From Chrysomallon squamiferum (lineage: Eukaryota; Animalia; Mollusca): DNA of 64,000 nt. Under the pieces are notes generated by a model, which was not told where the DNA came from, searched no databases, and saw nothing but the letters and a program-made list of their open reading frames with translations. Positions 1-13,093 of the stretch are shown here, piece after piece (within the stretch, counting starts at the first letter, position 1; the number at the start of each line of letters is the position of its first letter). The stretch lies in the NCBI GenBank assembly GCA_012295275.1, contig CM022669.1, positions 12,524,001 to 12,588,000 of the forward strand. The letters are read 5' to 3'. The translations under genes and the position numbers were made by a program.

Positions 1-295
1 TTCTTCTCCAACGTCTTTGCGTATTAGAAATAGAATGGAAATATATATATATATATATATATATATAGAAAATACAACAAATATAATTCGTATTACGCAC
101 CAAGTTCAACTCAGAACGTACAAACAGCTTACAAGAACAGTTTGCCGATTAGTACCATTAATTTTATCAACCATTTCAGCGCTAATGTTTTCCCCATTTC
201 TCTACATATTAATGGATAAAAATATCTAAATGAAACCGTACAAAACGTTTCGGTGATTAAGAAGACTTAATATTGACGTTGTAACTGAATGTACT

Positions 296-530
296 AATTT
301 CGATAGGCAACAGTAACTGATATGCCGCTGTGAGCTATATTAATTTTGTAGTCGAATTTCAGTTGAGTTTTTATTAATTCTGCTATAAAATATCCTTGTA
401 TCAATGAAATGAGCCCTTACGTCTTAGTTTTCGTAGCCTATTGCATATCATTATATTCTTACATTGATAACAAAGTTTATCTTCAGTTTATATTTTTAGC
501 TGATATCGTTATAACCAAATAATTAATCAA
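296..530 (+). repeat. Left copy of a ~230-bp inverted repeat pair bracketing GPCR 1779-2894
   Basis: GCCGCTGTGAGCTATATTAATTTTGTAGTCGAATTTCAGTTGAGTTTTTATTAATT...TAGCCTATTGCATATCATT...CAAAGTTTATCTT is the reverse complement, with mismatches, of ~3790-4105. Confidence 0.85.
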
Positions 531-1778
531 AACTTTAATATGAAAAAAAAAATAATGAAAGTTTGGATACCATTAACAAGAATTTTTTTTTATTGTTTAT
601 TTTATTTTTTTTTTAATTGTTGGTTTATGATTAAATACGAAACATATACAAACAACAAATATTAAGACTATTTTCCGAAAACAGTATTTTATGTAGTACG
701 TCTTTTTGAGTATCGAAGGAATTAATTTAAATACTTCTTCTTCTTCTTATTATTATAGATGAGTATGTTTTCAATTTTTTTTTGAGAATTAAATTTATTG
801 CTAATAACATGGCACTTTCATAGTGCCATATATAGGACAAATTAACCAAAGAGAGAATAAGTATATTAAGTGCTTTGTTAAACAAAACAATTCTTTTTTT
901 TTTTTTTTTCTCAGAATAAACTTCATCTGTACACAAAGGTGTGAAATGGGTTAAAAGTCGCATTATCATTGGTCAGACTAAGATAAAAATAATTCCGGTT
1001 TCTTTTGTCGGTGAAGAAGCATCAATTAGTCTGTACTATATCCCTTTGAGACTGGTTGTAGATATACTAATAGATTTTTTTAAACCACTAATAAAAGCGA
1101 TTTACCACTTAAACCAATTCAATCAGTGATGCTATTGTTATATTCAGTTAGTGCGATAAAAACGGTCGAGTTGTAAAGTATAATTGATTCAAAACACTAA
1201 TAAGAATAAATAAAAAGTTGTTTGACCGTATTTTGTTTTGAATAAAAAATATCAGGATTAAAACGAAAAAGGGTTAAAAAAAATCAAGATCAAAACCTTA
1301 AACATCAGAAAAAAAAGAAAAAGAAAAAAAAGAGTAAAAACAGAAACCAGCTAAATTTAAAAAAAAAAAAAAAAAAAATGGTTATCTAAAAATGCCTATA
1401 TAAAGTATATATCTTGAGATATAAAAAAAAAAAAAAAAAAAAAATTAGTTATCTTACATTGAGAAATAATAAATCTGTATATGTATATTAAATACAACAG
1501 ATATATCCAGAAGTATCATTTCAAACGATCCGATTTCGAATACGTATTATATTTCCATCTATGTAAAATATCATACAGTTAAATTCATTAAACAACAGAC
1601 CACTTTCCATGGATTAATTTTCTTATCATCACAGTGGCTTCATAACTTTCAAACTTTTAACCGTGAAATTCGAATCTTAATATCTATTTTTATCCCTCTG
1701 GTTCATCCTTTATTCAGTTTGTGAATGTTTTGTGTATCAGCGATTCTTTAAAAAAAAAAAAAATTCTATTCCAAAATA

Positions 1779-2894
1779 TTAATTTTGAATTTCTACAGCA
1801 TTCAGCGTGTAAGTTTCCGTACGACAAATGAAATTTACTTCAGGTTCACGACGTCGTCTACGGCAGAATAACGCCAACATTTCACGGCGAAATCTCTGGC
1901 CGCTTAAGCAATATAAGACGAAGTTGATGCAGTTATTTGTATACTGCAGCATGTTCACTAAGCACCAAACAAGCTCACCAATTGCTTGGTCGTGTGGGCT
2001 TTTATGATCATCATCGTAATCGTTGTTTACTATTATATAAATACAAAATGGCGTACTTAAGACGACGTAAGCGATGCTGGCTGTCAACAACATGGCGGTC
2101 AAAGAGGACGCTTGGTTCTGTCTCACACTGTGAGATCTGGATTGGACGTTGTTTCTCTCTGTAGTTTGATTCTGCATCATACGACGATTGCTGGAAACAA
2201 CTTTATAGATGATGGCAATGTTGCAGAAGACAAAAATAAGCGATGGGATAAGGTTATATATCATGAGATCGAACCAAGACCAGATATAATTAAAAAAGTA
2301 ATCGTAATCGGAATTGATTAAGTTACAGGGTGATATGTACGTTTCATTGCCTTGCGTTCCGGTCATTTCTCCTACACCGTAAAAGTAATGTGCGTTGATG
2401 GCTGCCAGGAACACAATTACTGAAATAATGATTGAAAACGTTTTCCGTTTAGTGCAGACTGATTTTACCTTGTGCGGATACCAGACTGTGAAACATCTTT
2501 CAAGTGTTACGAAAACCAAGAGCCAGGCAGATATATAGGTCGCTGAGTAAAGAGACCACTGTTGAATCTTACAGACAGCTTCGCTGTAGTCTTGGTAATA
2601 ATAACCAGTTAGATAATAAATCCAGCTATGAACAAGTCCCAAAAACAGAACCATTGTGTCAAACACTGCCAGGAATCTCAAGTATAATGAAGTTGTAGTT
2701 TTTCTCATAGACGTCTTTGATAGCACGATGAAAGACAACGTGTTGCCCGTGACTCCCGAGGCCAGCAAAACAGGCGACATGTACTTCCAGATGTCGTGTG
2801 CAATCTTGGTTTCTGAGTAGTCGCTGTAATCCGGCATCGTGGATGTCTCCGTGTATTCCCCCGTGGACGCTGTGATTAGGAAATGTCCCTTCAT
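1779..2894 (-). CDS. Class A GPCR, FMRFamide-receptor-like/Srw-type, intact single-exon CDS (most divergent member of the cluster)
   Basis: 371-aa ORF with seven hydrophobic segments: GNTLSFIVL (TM1), LYLRFLAVFD (TM2), C..VTLERC (TM3, DRY variant), ECL2 Cys, YNLIPS (TM5), STPFC (TM6), NNCINFVLYC.SGQRFR (TM7/H8). The start aligned with the paralogs is probably the ATG at 2837 (MPDYSDYSE). Confidence 0.95.
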   Translation of the reverse strand: MKGHFLITASTGEYTETSTMPDYSDYSETKIAHDIWKYMSPVLLASGVTGNTLSFIVLSKTSMRKTTTSLYLRFLAVFDTMVLFLGLVHSWIYYLTGYYYQDYSEAVCKIQQWSLYSATYISAWLLVFVTLERCFTVWYPHKVKSVCTKRKTFSIIISVIVFLAAINAHYFYGVGEMTGTQGNETYISPCNLINSDYDYFFNYIWSWFDLMIYNLIPSLIFVFCNIAIIYKVVSSNRRMMQNQTTERNNVQSRSHSVRQNQASSLTAMLLTASIAYVVLSTPFCIYIIVNNDYDDDHKSPHDQAIGELVWCLVNMLQYTNNCINFVLYCLSGQRFRREMLALFCRRRRREPEVNFICRTETYTLNAVEIQN

Positions 2895-3789
2895 CTTGGA
2901 TGCTCCTATTAATTACGAGAATGCTAACAATTAATGCCATTTTAAGGTAACACGAAACAGTGACTGAACTAACAACTCTTTTAATATATTAATAACACTG
3001 CTGGAAGGCTGAAACACGATGTTCTGTATTATCTACAACTAAATCTAGTCAAGCTCGACGAAATAAAGTGTTATTATAAACTGAAAGGATAGTATATGTA
3101 TTCTCATAACATTAGAGATAATTGTAATAAATGAACGCTGGCAATATTTCTGCTCTAGTGATAATGAGACATTTTGTTTTTTTATACTTTCTTTTTTTAT
3201 AGGAAGTTTTGAAAAAAAAAAAAAAAAAAAAACAACTTAATTGTGGCATGTATGTGAAATAATAAATTTGAAATAGAGCTAAATAATTTTATCATTGTAC
3301 TTATGTATATATATATATATATGCGTGTATGTATGCATATATGTTAGTATATATATATTTAGTGTGTGTGTGTGTGTGTAATGTGTATGGGGAGGTATGC
3401 GTTTGTGTGTCTATATATGTAAGTGTATATACGACTATATGTATGCGTGTATGTATGCCTGTATGTCTGTGTGTGCGTGTTTGTATATATATGTGTGTTT
3501 GTGTGCATGTATGTGTTTGTACGTATGTGAGTGTGTGTGTGTGCCCGAGAGAGAAAGAGATTGAGAGAAAAAGAAGGTATTTGACAAATATATGCACACG
3601 TATGATATATCGACTTAAATAATTGTCTTCGTTTATCAAAATCAAGGAACGAGGAGTATAACTGCATATTCTAATATATATCTACCAGCCTACCTACCTA
3701 GGTACCCATCTATCCATCCATTCGTCTTTGTATATCTATGGTTGTTAACTGTAGCCAAAATTTTCATACATTTTTTATATTAAAATTTT

Positions 3790-4105
3790 AATTGATAACT
3801 TGGTTTTAACGATATCAACTAAAAATATAAACTGATATTGGAATGTGTGAAGTAAAGTGCTATCATTTAAAGATAATTAATTAATATACAAAATTTTGGT
3901 CGCTAAGATAAACTTTGTTAGCAATGTAAAAATAAAATGATATGCAATAGGCTATGAACATTAACACGTAAGGGCACATTTCAGTGGTACAAAGATACGA
4001 AGTTTTAATATTTTATAGCAAAATTAATAAAAACTCAACTGAAATTCGACTACTAAATTAACATAGCTCGCAGCGGTATATGCATTACAGCTATTTATTG
4101 AAATT
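3790..4105 (-). repeat. Right copy of the inverted repeat pair (carries ~65 extra bp)
   Basis: AAGATAAACTTTG...AATGATATGCAATAGGCTA...AATTAATAAAAACTCAACTGAAATTCGACTAC...ATAGCTCGCAGCGG matches 296-530 in reverse orientation. Confidence 0.85.
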
Positions 4106-4175
4106 ACTATCTGACCATCTTTGTCTGTATTTATCTTTATCTATATCTACCTTTCTGTCTGCCTTTCTGTTAGTC

Positions 4176-4255
<80 letters not shown>

Positions 4256-4391
4256 ATTCAGTCGTTGAATTGATTTATCTGTCTGTGCACACTGTTAGGC
4301 AATCAAAGAGATGCCGGATGTATTTATATTCTAGCTCACAGTCTCATACACAAGATACAGCTCGTTATACATCGCATACTTTTCATGGCTT

Positions 4392-4422
<31 letters not shown>

Positions 4423-4655
4423 CAAGAAACATGTATCGTCTGCTTCAAACGAAAGCAGTTAAGTGAATAAGTTTCTAAGAAAAATTGGCCAATCACGAAT
4501 AAATTAGAAAGGAGCCAATCACATTTTACTAACATTAAAAATGAGCCTATCAGACTGTATAATTTACTAACCTTTTACGTAATAAGAAAAAAAAGAAAAA
4601 AAAGTTAGTGGATTCATGTACCGTCTAATAGCATAAGGAAACAACGATACTGCCC

Positions 4656-5226
4656 ATGTCGGAATTTAGAACACAAGATTGCACAAGGCATCTGGAATTA
4701 TGCACCTCCGATTCTGCTAGTATTGGGCTTGATATGTAACACGTTAGTCTTCACTGTGTTAACAAAAGCATCAACGAAAGAATCAAAAACTTCACTGTAT
4801 TTGAGATTTCTGTGCACGGGATTTGTTCATGGATGAATATATTCTTTAACTGGTTTCGATTACGCAACTGTGTGAAAAGTTCTCGGGTGGATAGTTTATT
4901 CAGCGACCTATGTATCTGCTTCTCTTGGTTTCGTTTGAAAGATGTTTTTACAGTCTGGTTTGCGCATAAGGTAAAATTAATCTGTACTAAACGTCGTTTG
5001 TGTTATCTTGGTTATTATAACTTTCAACGAAGACTATCTGAATGAAATTAAGGATATCACGGAGACTGTACACAATGAAACACAAATATCAGTTTGTTAG
5101 GAAATCGATGAATATTACACATTCTTTTTTAATAACATTTTTTTTTGATTGACTGCCTTGTTTAGTCTTCAATTTTTATCATTTGCAAAGTTGCCTTCGT
5201 CTACAAAGTCGTTTCCAGAAATCGTT
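4656..5226 (+). pseudogene. Decayed GPCR pseudogene (N-terminus to TM5), head-to-head with gene 1779-2894
   Basis: Manual translation across frameshifts gives EHKIAQGIWNYAPPILLVLGLICNTLVFTVLTK..KTSLYLRFL, FTVWFAHKVKLICTKR and IFIICKVAFVYKVVSRNR, homologous to the 1779-2894 protein, with several deletions. Confidence 0.85.
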
Positions 5227-5689
5227 GCGTAGAAAGAAGTAAGTTACAGAAAGAAATAACTTTACGATAACTTAAAATATATTATTAATATATTGTTCTA
5301 TAAATTACATTTCTTTTCAGTTTTATCAATTTAATTTTACATTAACATTTTTCTCTGCTTTCACATACTTTGTCTAAAATATTCAAATAAATTTACATTT
5401 TGAAATGCTCTCATATCCTTTCGCTTTTAATCTTGTATTCATTTATGTTTTTCCCCCATTTTAAATAATTTCTTATGACATACAGGAAAGATAATCATTA
5501 ATTTTTCCTTAAAAAAATAAAATACGCATCAAAATCACAAAAACTTTAAATAAAAAGTAAGAAGATATTACAATATTAAAGATAGATAATCATTTTTTAA
5601 TTATTTTTATTTTATTTTTTATGGTTTTCAAATGAACTAATGAAATACTGACTGATAAGACTTATATTACGGTATAAAAGATATTCGTT

Positions 5690-6620
<931 letters not shown>

Positions 6621-7232
6621 AAATATGGTAACTAATAAATAAGTCTAGTACAGTAGACAGTATTTTCTTGAGATCTAAGCAGATGCTTATTGTACTGTTG
6701 CTTTCCTAATATCTAAATTTTGCTTTCTTCTGAAGTTTTCTCATCATCATCATCATCATTATTTATGTATTTATTTATTTTCTTATTACTTACTTATATA
6801 CTTACTTAACTGGGTGTATGGAGGCTTGCTTCAATGGCTGATTTTTTTGGATCTAGCTAGCTACCCAGTCGGTATGTTATTTAGTTAGTTAGTTAGTTAC
6901 TTGCTTATTAAGTATTACTACGTTCTTACCCGTTCTTGCAGCAGAGGAAAACACCAAAGAAGAAATCAGGTCCAGGAAGCCAGATCTGTTTGCGTTTTGC
7001 TAGATATCCATGAACTGATTAAGAAGTTATTGTGTCATAGCAAGAATGCGACTGGATGGCATAATATTTAGATTTGACAGTAACAGTCAACCAGTGGCCG
7101 AGTTGCGTGCGTGCGTCACAGCTGTGAATATTAAGAACTATAAAAACCTCAGTCGAAGTTTGTTTCTGACATTTCTAGATTCGACGGATCTAGATATTAT
7201 CCTTACGACTTCAGTTTCAACGATAAAGGATA

Positions 7233-7393
7233 ATGGCTAACGTTAAGGGTTATCAAGAACACAAAAAACTGCACCTGATGTGTTAAAATACAATTGCTCT
7301 CTTTCTGTCTGGTCGGAAACATTTTAGGTTTTATTGTTTTGATGAAGTCGTCGATGAAGCACACATCAACGTCGTTGTATCTGAGGTTCCTGG
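7233..7393 (+). pseudogene. GPCR 5' fragment (N-terminus, TM1, start of TM2)
   Basis: ATG at 7233 reads MANVKGYQEHK; further on LVGNILGFIVLMKSSMKHTSTSLYLRFL matches VGNILVFIVLQKSSMKSTTTSLYLRFV of gene 35271. Homology ends abruptly. Confidence 0.85.
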
Positions 7394-8544
7394 GAGGTGG
7401 ATATAAATGGATATAAGCGATTTACTGGAGGTTTTTACTTAGCATTGACGCGATAATTTAAAATGTACCTATGATGTAAATGTGATTAAAATAGATTAGA
7501 AATAGCATCTTTGCAAACAGAGAGTCCCGTTCCGCATAATTTCAAAATAAGAAAAAAATATGCACATTCCGAGTAACATTCAAAGTTACGTCAGTCAGCG
7601 AAGACGTAACCCAGTCGTAAGTAAGGAACTATCGTTGTAGTAAATTTGCGATTATGCTTTACGACGGTGAATTATCGAATATTTTATTTCACGATATATA
7701 TGATCAATTTTGTTGATGCTGTTAACTTGTGAAATGAATAGTAATTAATTTTAATACACTAATTTTGTTGGTGTTAATGTAATGAATTTGTTGATATCAG
7801 TGTAGTCAATTTGTTGGTATGAAAAATTAATCTTTTTATCGGGTGTCTTCTTTTATTATAGTGAATATTCGACTGATAAAAATAAATGTAAATCGTGTTA
7901 TTCCAGTCTAATACATAAATAAAATGACTAGAACTGCGTGTCAACCAAAGATTATAGTCGTGTTTGTTATCGATAAAAACGTGGGAATAATTCTTGAAAA
8001 TTGTTAAATTATCAGTAATTATGAAACTCGAACATTCAATCGCTTTTCAACATCGATCCATAATTGACGGTTTTATTGTCTTCTTTATTCATTATTCATT
8101 ACTCATTCGTTATTACTTTCAGCTTGAGGTCATATTTTACCAGATTATTTGTTAATATTTTATATTTTCGCCTCACAGTTTCGCATTTTAATCTATTTTT
8201 GAGACATTGATCAGTGTGGATTTTTTTTTTGTCAACGACATGCAAAACGTGATTTTTTTTTTTTTTATAATCTTTTTTCATAAATAAAAGGGAAATATTT
8301 ACTTTGATAAAGGTGTTTACTGTCAGTTTTGAAAACAACTGCTAAGACAAAAAAATATTTGTAATATTGATACAGGCGAAGTAATTACAATAGGTGACAT
8401 TTTCATAGTCTGTCGTGACGTCATTTCGTAGAAGAAGGGGTAACAGATGTTCGGAGGAAATCACAGACAAATATCCATATGTTCAATCATTTTATATTCT
8501 TATGTTCGCAATGATTAAAAACCCCCAGAAAAATCTAAACTGTT

Positions 8545-8800
8545 CAGAATGAATAGAATAATTATAATTCGAAACTGTATACTATGACAGAATAATTATA
8601 ATTCTAAACTGTATACTATGAATAGAATAATTATAATTCTAAGCTGTGTACATTGAAATAATTATAATTCTAAACTGTGTACAGTGATAGAATAATTATA
8701 ATTTTAAACTGTATACTATGACAGAATAATTATAATTCTAAACTGTACACAGTGAAATAATAATTCTAATTCTAAACTGTGTACAACGACAGAATATTTA
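8545..8800. repeat. Minisatellite, ~34-bp unit, about 7 copies
   Basis: Head-to-tail AGAATAATTATAATTCTAAACTGTATACTATGAC variants with no unique spacers. Confidence 0.9.
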
Positions 8801-9238
8801 CTTCATGGCTTTTAAAAATATTTTGACGAACCAGTTTCTATCGGTAACAATAAGACATGAAAATTAGTGTTTGTTTCTGGATCAACTTTTTTTCTTTTTT
8901 CCTTTATTATTATTTTTTGTTTACTGAACAAGTGTATTCGTTCTCTGATAACGATTAATATCCACAGCATTGTATATCCGTGGTAGATATATTTGTTTTT
9001 AATTAATAACATCTAGTGAATAGTATGCACAGCATCAATATAAACTCATCAGGTTTGAGGTTTGAAGATTATATTTACCATTTCAAAGTTACGTCCTCTC
9101 AGAAGAGAAAGACAAGTTTTTGAAAATTACTGTTTCACCTTGACATGGTTGAAAAAATCTAAGCAAACATTCTTAGTTTATTTTTTCCTTTAATACACAA
9201 AGGATGTCTTCTTGCTATTTAATACAGTAATACAGTAA

Positions 9239-9297
<59 letters not shown>

Positions 9298-10869
9298 ATA
9301 ATAATAATAATAATAATCATAATAATAATAATAATAATAATACTTAAATAATAATAATGATAATAATCATAATGACAATAATAATAATATTTTTAATATT
9401 TTTGTTATTATAAATATTATCATCATCATCATCATTTAAATGTATTTTATTCATATACTTTATATATATTTTTATATTATTATTATCATCGTCATCATCA
9501 TCATCATAATAATAATCATCACCATCTTCATCATTATTAACTTAGTATTTCTCAGACAGATAGAGAAAAAAATTTTTTTTTTTTTTTTTTTTTTTTTTAT
9601 ATATTAATTAAGAAATAAATGGGAATTTTTTTTTTTAAGAAAATGAAATTTTTATTATTTACGTAGATATTATTCTGATCCGTTACTCAATGTTTAGATT
9701 ATTTATATAGCAAATATGATATATTATAAGCAAAATTTGAGTGTATGAACGCATGTTTGTATAACGAACAGACAAGACAAATATGTGTTATTATATAACA
9801 TACAATGACAATATGACAATTTCATACATAATAAAGAATTACAATATAACTTATTACATTACTAAAAATGACATATAAAACGTATTACCTATGAAGAAAA
9901 TGTATGTAATTTGTTAAAATAACAAGGTTTTCTCATGACAAAATAGAGATTAGAATTGTCATTCAAATCATTTTTATTTGATTTGATATTCATAGCTCTA
10001 TTTATATAGAGTTTACAATAAATGGTATAGAAATAAAAATTCGTTAGAAAAAATTAAAACCAAAACGCCCCCCCAAAAACAAAACAGTATAGATTAGATT
10101 GTTACAAATTAGTTCACTCTGCTGAATATGTTTTTCATTTTTTCAGACAAATGGTGTATATAGAAAGCTCTCAGGTTTATTCACATGCAAATCACTAACA
10201 GTAGTACATGGGCTACAGTGATTAGTGACAAAATATAGCATACACACATAAAATAATAATAATACTTATTACTACTAGAATTAATTAAATATCGTTTACT
10301 AATGATCTATAAATGTTTCATTATAATACTAACAAACTTATTAATTGCTGTTTCTGCTTAAATAAAAACACAAACAAAAAAACCCCAACAATTTATAACG
10401 GTTACGTCGTGTTGAATTTTTTTTTTTTTTTTTAAATAATTGACTTGCAGAACATTCAGTAAAACATGATACTCATTTACCCTTACACGCAGATTCAGGC
10501 ATAACGTACAGCGTCTTTCAAAGCAAGGGATGCTACTCTAATATCCTCGTTCTACAGGCAATAAGTGATTATGAAATCGAAATTACGTACCATTTTAATG
10601 TTTATAAAGCAAGTTTTTAAATAAAATCCATATTAATTTCGTGTCCGTATCGAAAATAGTTTTACACCAGTGTGATATTATCTTGCAGCTTCTAATTTTC
10701 AGTCTTCACAATATTTTAAAAAACAGTTCAATATATATTGCAAAACAGTATCATTGTACTTTTGTTTATAAGCGAAAGGGCATTAAGATATAATTCATAT
10801 TTCAACAGTTATTCCGTAAATCACGCCCTCTTAGTTACTGTTACTACGTCCCATAAGCTAACATCCAAA

Positions 10870-11144
10870 ATGGCGGAATCGGAAGCAGACGGCGTAGCTC
10901 ATTTAAAAAGTATTCCAGGTTATGTGTCGGGTTCATATGTTGCTGAGAGCTTTCTAGAAAAGCACAAAAAAAGATTTACGTTATTTTACGCAAGGCTTAC
11001 ATCCACGATATAAAAATTTCCGACGAAAATCAACCAAAAGTGAATATGAAATTCTGAAAAAACGACTCGGCACACAAACTATATATTCAAGTTTCCTTGG
11101 AGACGAAACAGCTATCAGAGGCTAATTGCTCCTGTAAAACTGGC
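10870..11144 (+). pseudogene. Fragment of a SWIM zinc-finger-type protein gene, probably from a DNA transposon (Kolobok-like accessory ORF)
   Basis: MAESEADG... then, after a frameshift, GYIHDIKISDENQPKVNMKF*KNDSAHKLYIQVSLETKQLSEANCSCKTG. The ending AxCxCxxG is the first half of a SWIM motif. Family assignment is from pattern recall, not a search. Confidence 0.5.
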
Positions 11145-11454
11145 TATTATATTTTGGTATTAAACTGATATTGCAGCATGGTTTATTTTAGTGGAAATAA
11201 AAAATAAAATAAAAAGTACAAACCAGGGGATATATTCCCGAAGATGTCGGTCGTAAAATGGACTGTTCCGACGTTTCTTTGTCGTTACAATGTCGTTTGA
11301 AATCTGTCGTAATAAAGGGAATCACTCAGTCTTATTCTGTTTAGGCGTAACATGTATGCTTCATGCAGTGACTGCGCACGTGCTTAATTCGAACAAGTTA
11401 CCTGTAGTCATTTAGAAGGTAAGCAAGGGTTATCAACCAAATGAAGTTGGTCCA

Positions 11455-12030
11455 CAAAGGCGACCAAAATTTATCAAAGAGGAACTGGAATCATTAGTAG
11501 GTAGTCATCATCAACGAACCATTTATGCCATCTTCAATGATTGTGTAACAAACAATAAGAAAAATGCTGCGTGGATTTCAGTTACCGCCAGTGTCAAATT
11601 CTGTATCAACAGTAAGGCGCAGCGTTGATGAAGTTCGGCGTAAATGGCGTGATTTGTTGTCTGTGGTAAAAAAAAAAAAAGAAGAACGGCGAAGAACAGC
11701 CCAGAAAAAACTGATGGCGGCGGCCAGATAATCACCATGATACCAGTGGAAAAACAAGTTGTATCCATCATAGGAGTGAGCGCCATAGAGGGAATAACCA
11801 CTGGAATCGACAGTTCCGCTGCCAAAACGTTTAAAAAATAAGATATGTCCAGCGACATGTGGCAGCAAGAGCATGTGTGCAGATGAAATGCCTACAGAAG
11901 AACCCTCTCCCATTATTGGTATGTATTTGTCCAAATCCTGCCCACGACTTGGAGCAAAGGCTACAAGGGGAGCAGGAGAAATTATCCATAGAAAAAAGTC
12001 GCTGGAAGTTGGAAGAGAAAATGGAATAGT
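11455..12030 (+). pseudogene. Myb/SANT-like DNA-binding protein of a PIF/Harbinger-type transposon, frameshifted
   Basis: RRPKFIKEELESLV...VTNNKKNAAWISVTASV / NSVSTVRRSVDEVRRKWRDLLSVVKKK...KKTDGGG fits the Myb_DNA-bind_5 (NAIF1/MSANTD-like) pattern. A charged coiled-coil-like tail EQRLQGEQEKLSIEKSRWKLEEKME* lies near 11950-12030. Confidence 0.8.
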
Positions 12031-12124
12031 AAAAATGATGAGTTAGAAACAAAACCATTCAATCGATTGTTCATTTATAATCTAAAATCATTTTGAAGTC
12101 AAATTGGTTGCATTACAATAAATT

Positions 12125-12262
12125 TAAAAAATAAGTTAAATATATAGCTGCTGTCTTGTAATAGCTCCATCCTGGCAATGTTCCTCTTGTTCAGAACCAG
12201 GGCATGGGATATTTCTTTCTTAATCGCCCAACTGTGGCATAACCATATGATAGTTAAGCCAG
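12125..12262 (-). pseudogene. Probable C-terminal remnant of a Harbinger (HARBI1-like) transposase, convergent with the Myb-like ORF
   Basis: The minus strand reads LTIIWLCHSWAIKK...EQEEHCQDGAITRQQL..TYF, resembling the 'II.C..LHN.AI ... G...R..LI..YF*' end of Harbinger transposases. The convergent two-ORF layout is typical of the superfamily. Confidence 0.5.
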
Positions 12263-12414
12263 GTTAAAAAGTAAATTTTAAACAATTTTAATAAAAATGG
12301 TTCAAAATGAGAATATTATTACATCCTCTAATTTTAGGACAACAGGGTTATGCTGGCATAAATAAATAGTTTTTATTTCTTGATTTTCTTTAAAAGAAAA
12401 TTTTCACTTAAATA

Positions 12415-13093
12415 CAATGGTACCTTGACTTAGGAGTGCACCAACTTAGGAGTTTTCGGTCGAGTTACGAGCAATTTGCTTTGAGTTGCGAGCCAAAATC
12501 CGTGTTACGAGCGAGCTTCAGATACACCGCAACGAACAACGCAACATCCAGCCAGCATCCCGGGTCTCACTCGTTTACGTCACTGGCTACCTCGCCGCGG
12601 ACGCGTTTTGTGCAGTATTTTGCCAAATTTCTTTTTTCTGGCCATGGATCCTAAGAAAGTGAGCGCAAGGACAATGCTGAGATGAAGAAGCGGATAATGT
12701 CCATCGAATTAAAGCATGAAATCATAGAAAAACATGAGCGAGGTGTGCATGTAGTCGACTTGGCTAGGCATTATGAGCGTAATATTTCTACGATATGTAC
12801 CATACTGTAGCAGGTGTCGACAAAAGCTGTAACTCCAGCCAAAGGCGTTAAAATAATTTGTCTGATCTCGAAGATAAATACACTTTAGAAATCCAATTTA
12901 TTTCTTTACATTTTCTTTGATTTGTCATTATAAATACCTTTTTCTTATTTAAAAACACCTTACAAAAAACTGTTGTGGTTTTGGGGGTCTGGATCGGATT
13001 AATGGTATTTCAATTAATTTCATTTGGAAAAAATGATTTGATTTACGAGCACGGCCACAGAACGAATTAAACTCGTAAATAAAGGTACCACTG
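12415..13093 (+). mobile_element. Non-autonomous Tigger/pogo (Tc1/mariner superfamily) DNA transposon, copy 1
   Basis: TA|CAATGGTACCTTGACTTAGGAG ... CTCGTAAATAAAGGTACCACTG|TA gives terminal inverted repeats with a TA target duplication. The internal remnant KKRIMSIELKHEIIEKHERGVHVVDLARHYERNISTICTIL* is a CENP-B-like N-terminal HTH; there is no catalytic domain. Confidence 0.92.

Noticed and set aside
940-1280. GGGTTAA motifs at ~948 and ~1271 as piggyBac-type termini
   Set aside because: Both are in the same orientation and no matching TTAACCC partner end was found.
1937-2940. Short antisense or alternate-frame ORFs overlapping GPCR genes (also 22633-22884, 30827-31165, 36076-36297, 42840-43091)
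   Set aside because: They are shadows of the GPCR reading frames; their similarity to each other only reflects paralogy of the real genes.
3301-3667. Many 60-170 aa ORFs rich in YI/CV/HT/SL/RE/N runs (also ~6170-6539, 15355-15660, 16836-17966, 27498-28211, 39922-40206, 44409-44773, 61209-61520)
   Set aside because: They are translations of (TA)n, (TG)n, (CT)n, (TATG)n and (AAT)n microsatellites, with no protein-like content.
8545-8800. CRISPR-like appearance of the 34-bp and 29-bp (21405-21655) arrays
   Set aside because: The units are head-to-tail with no unique spacers, there are no cas genes, and the context is eukaryotic. They are ordinary minisatellites.
11523-12058. Minus-strand ORFs of 111, 118 and 75 aa
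   Set aside because: They are antisense to the frameshifted Myb/SANT transposon gene on the plus strand.
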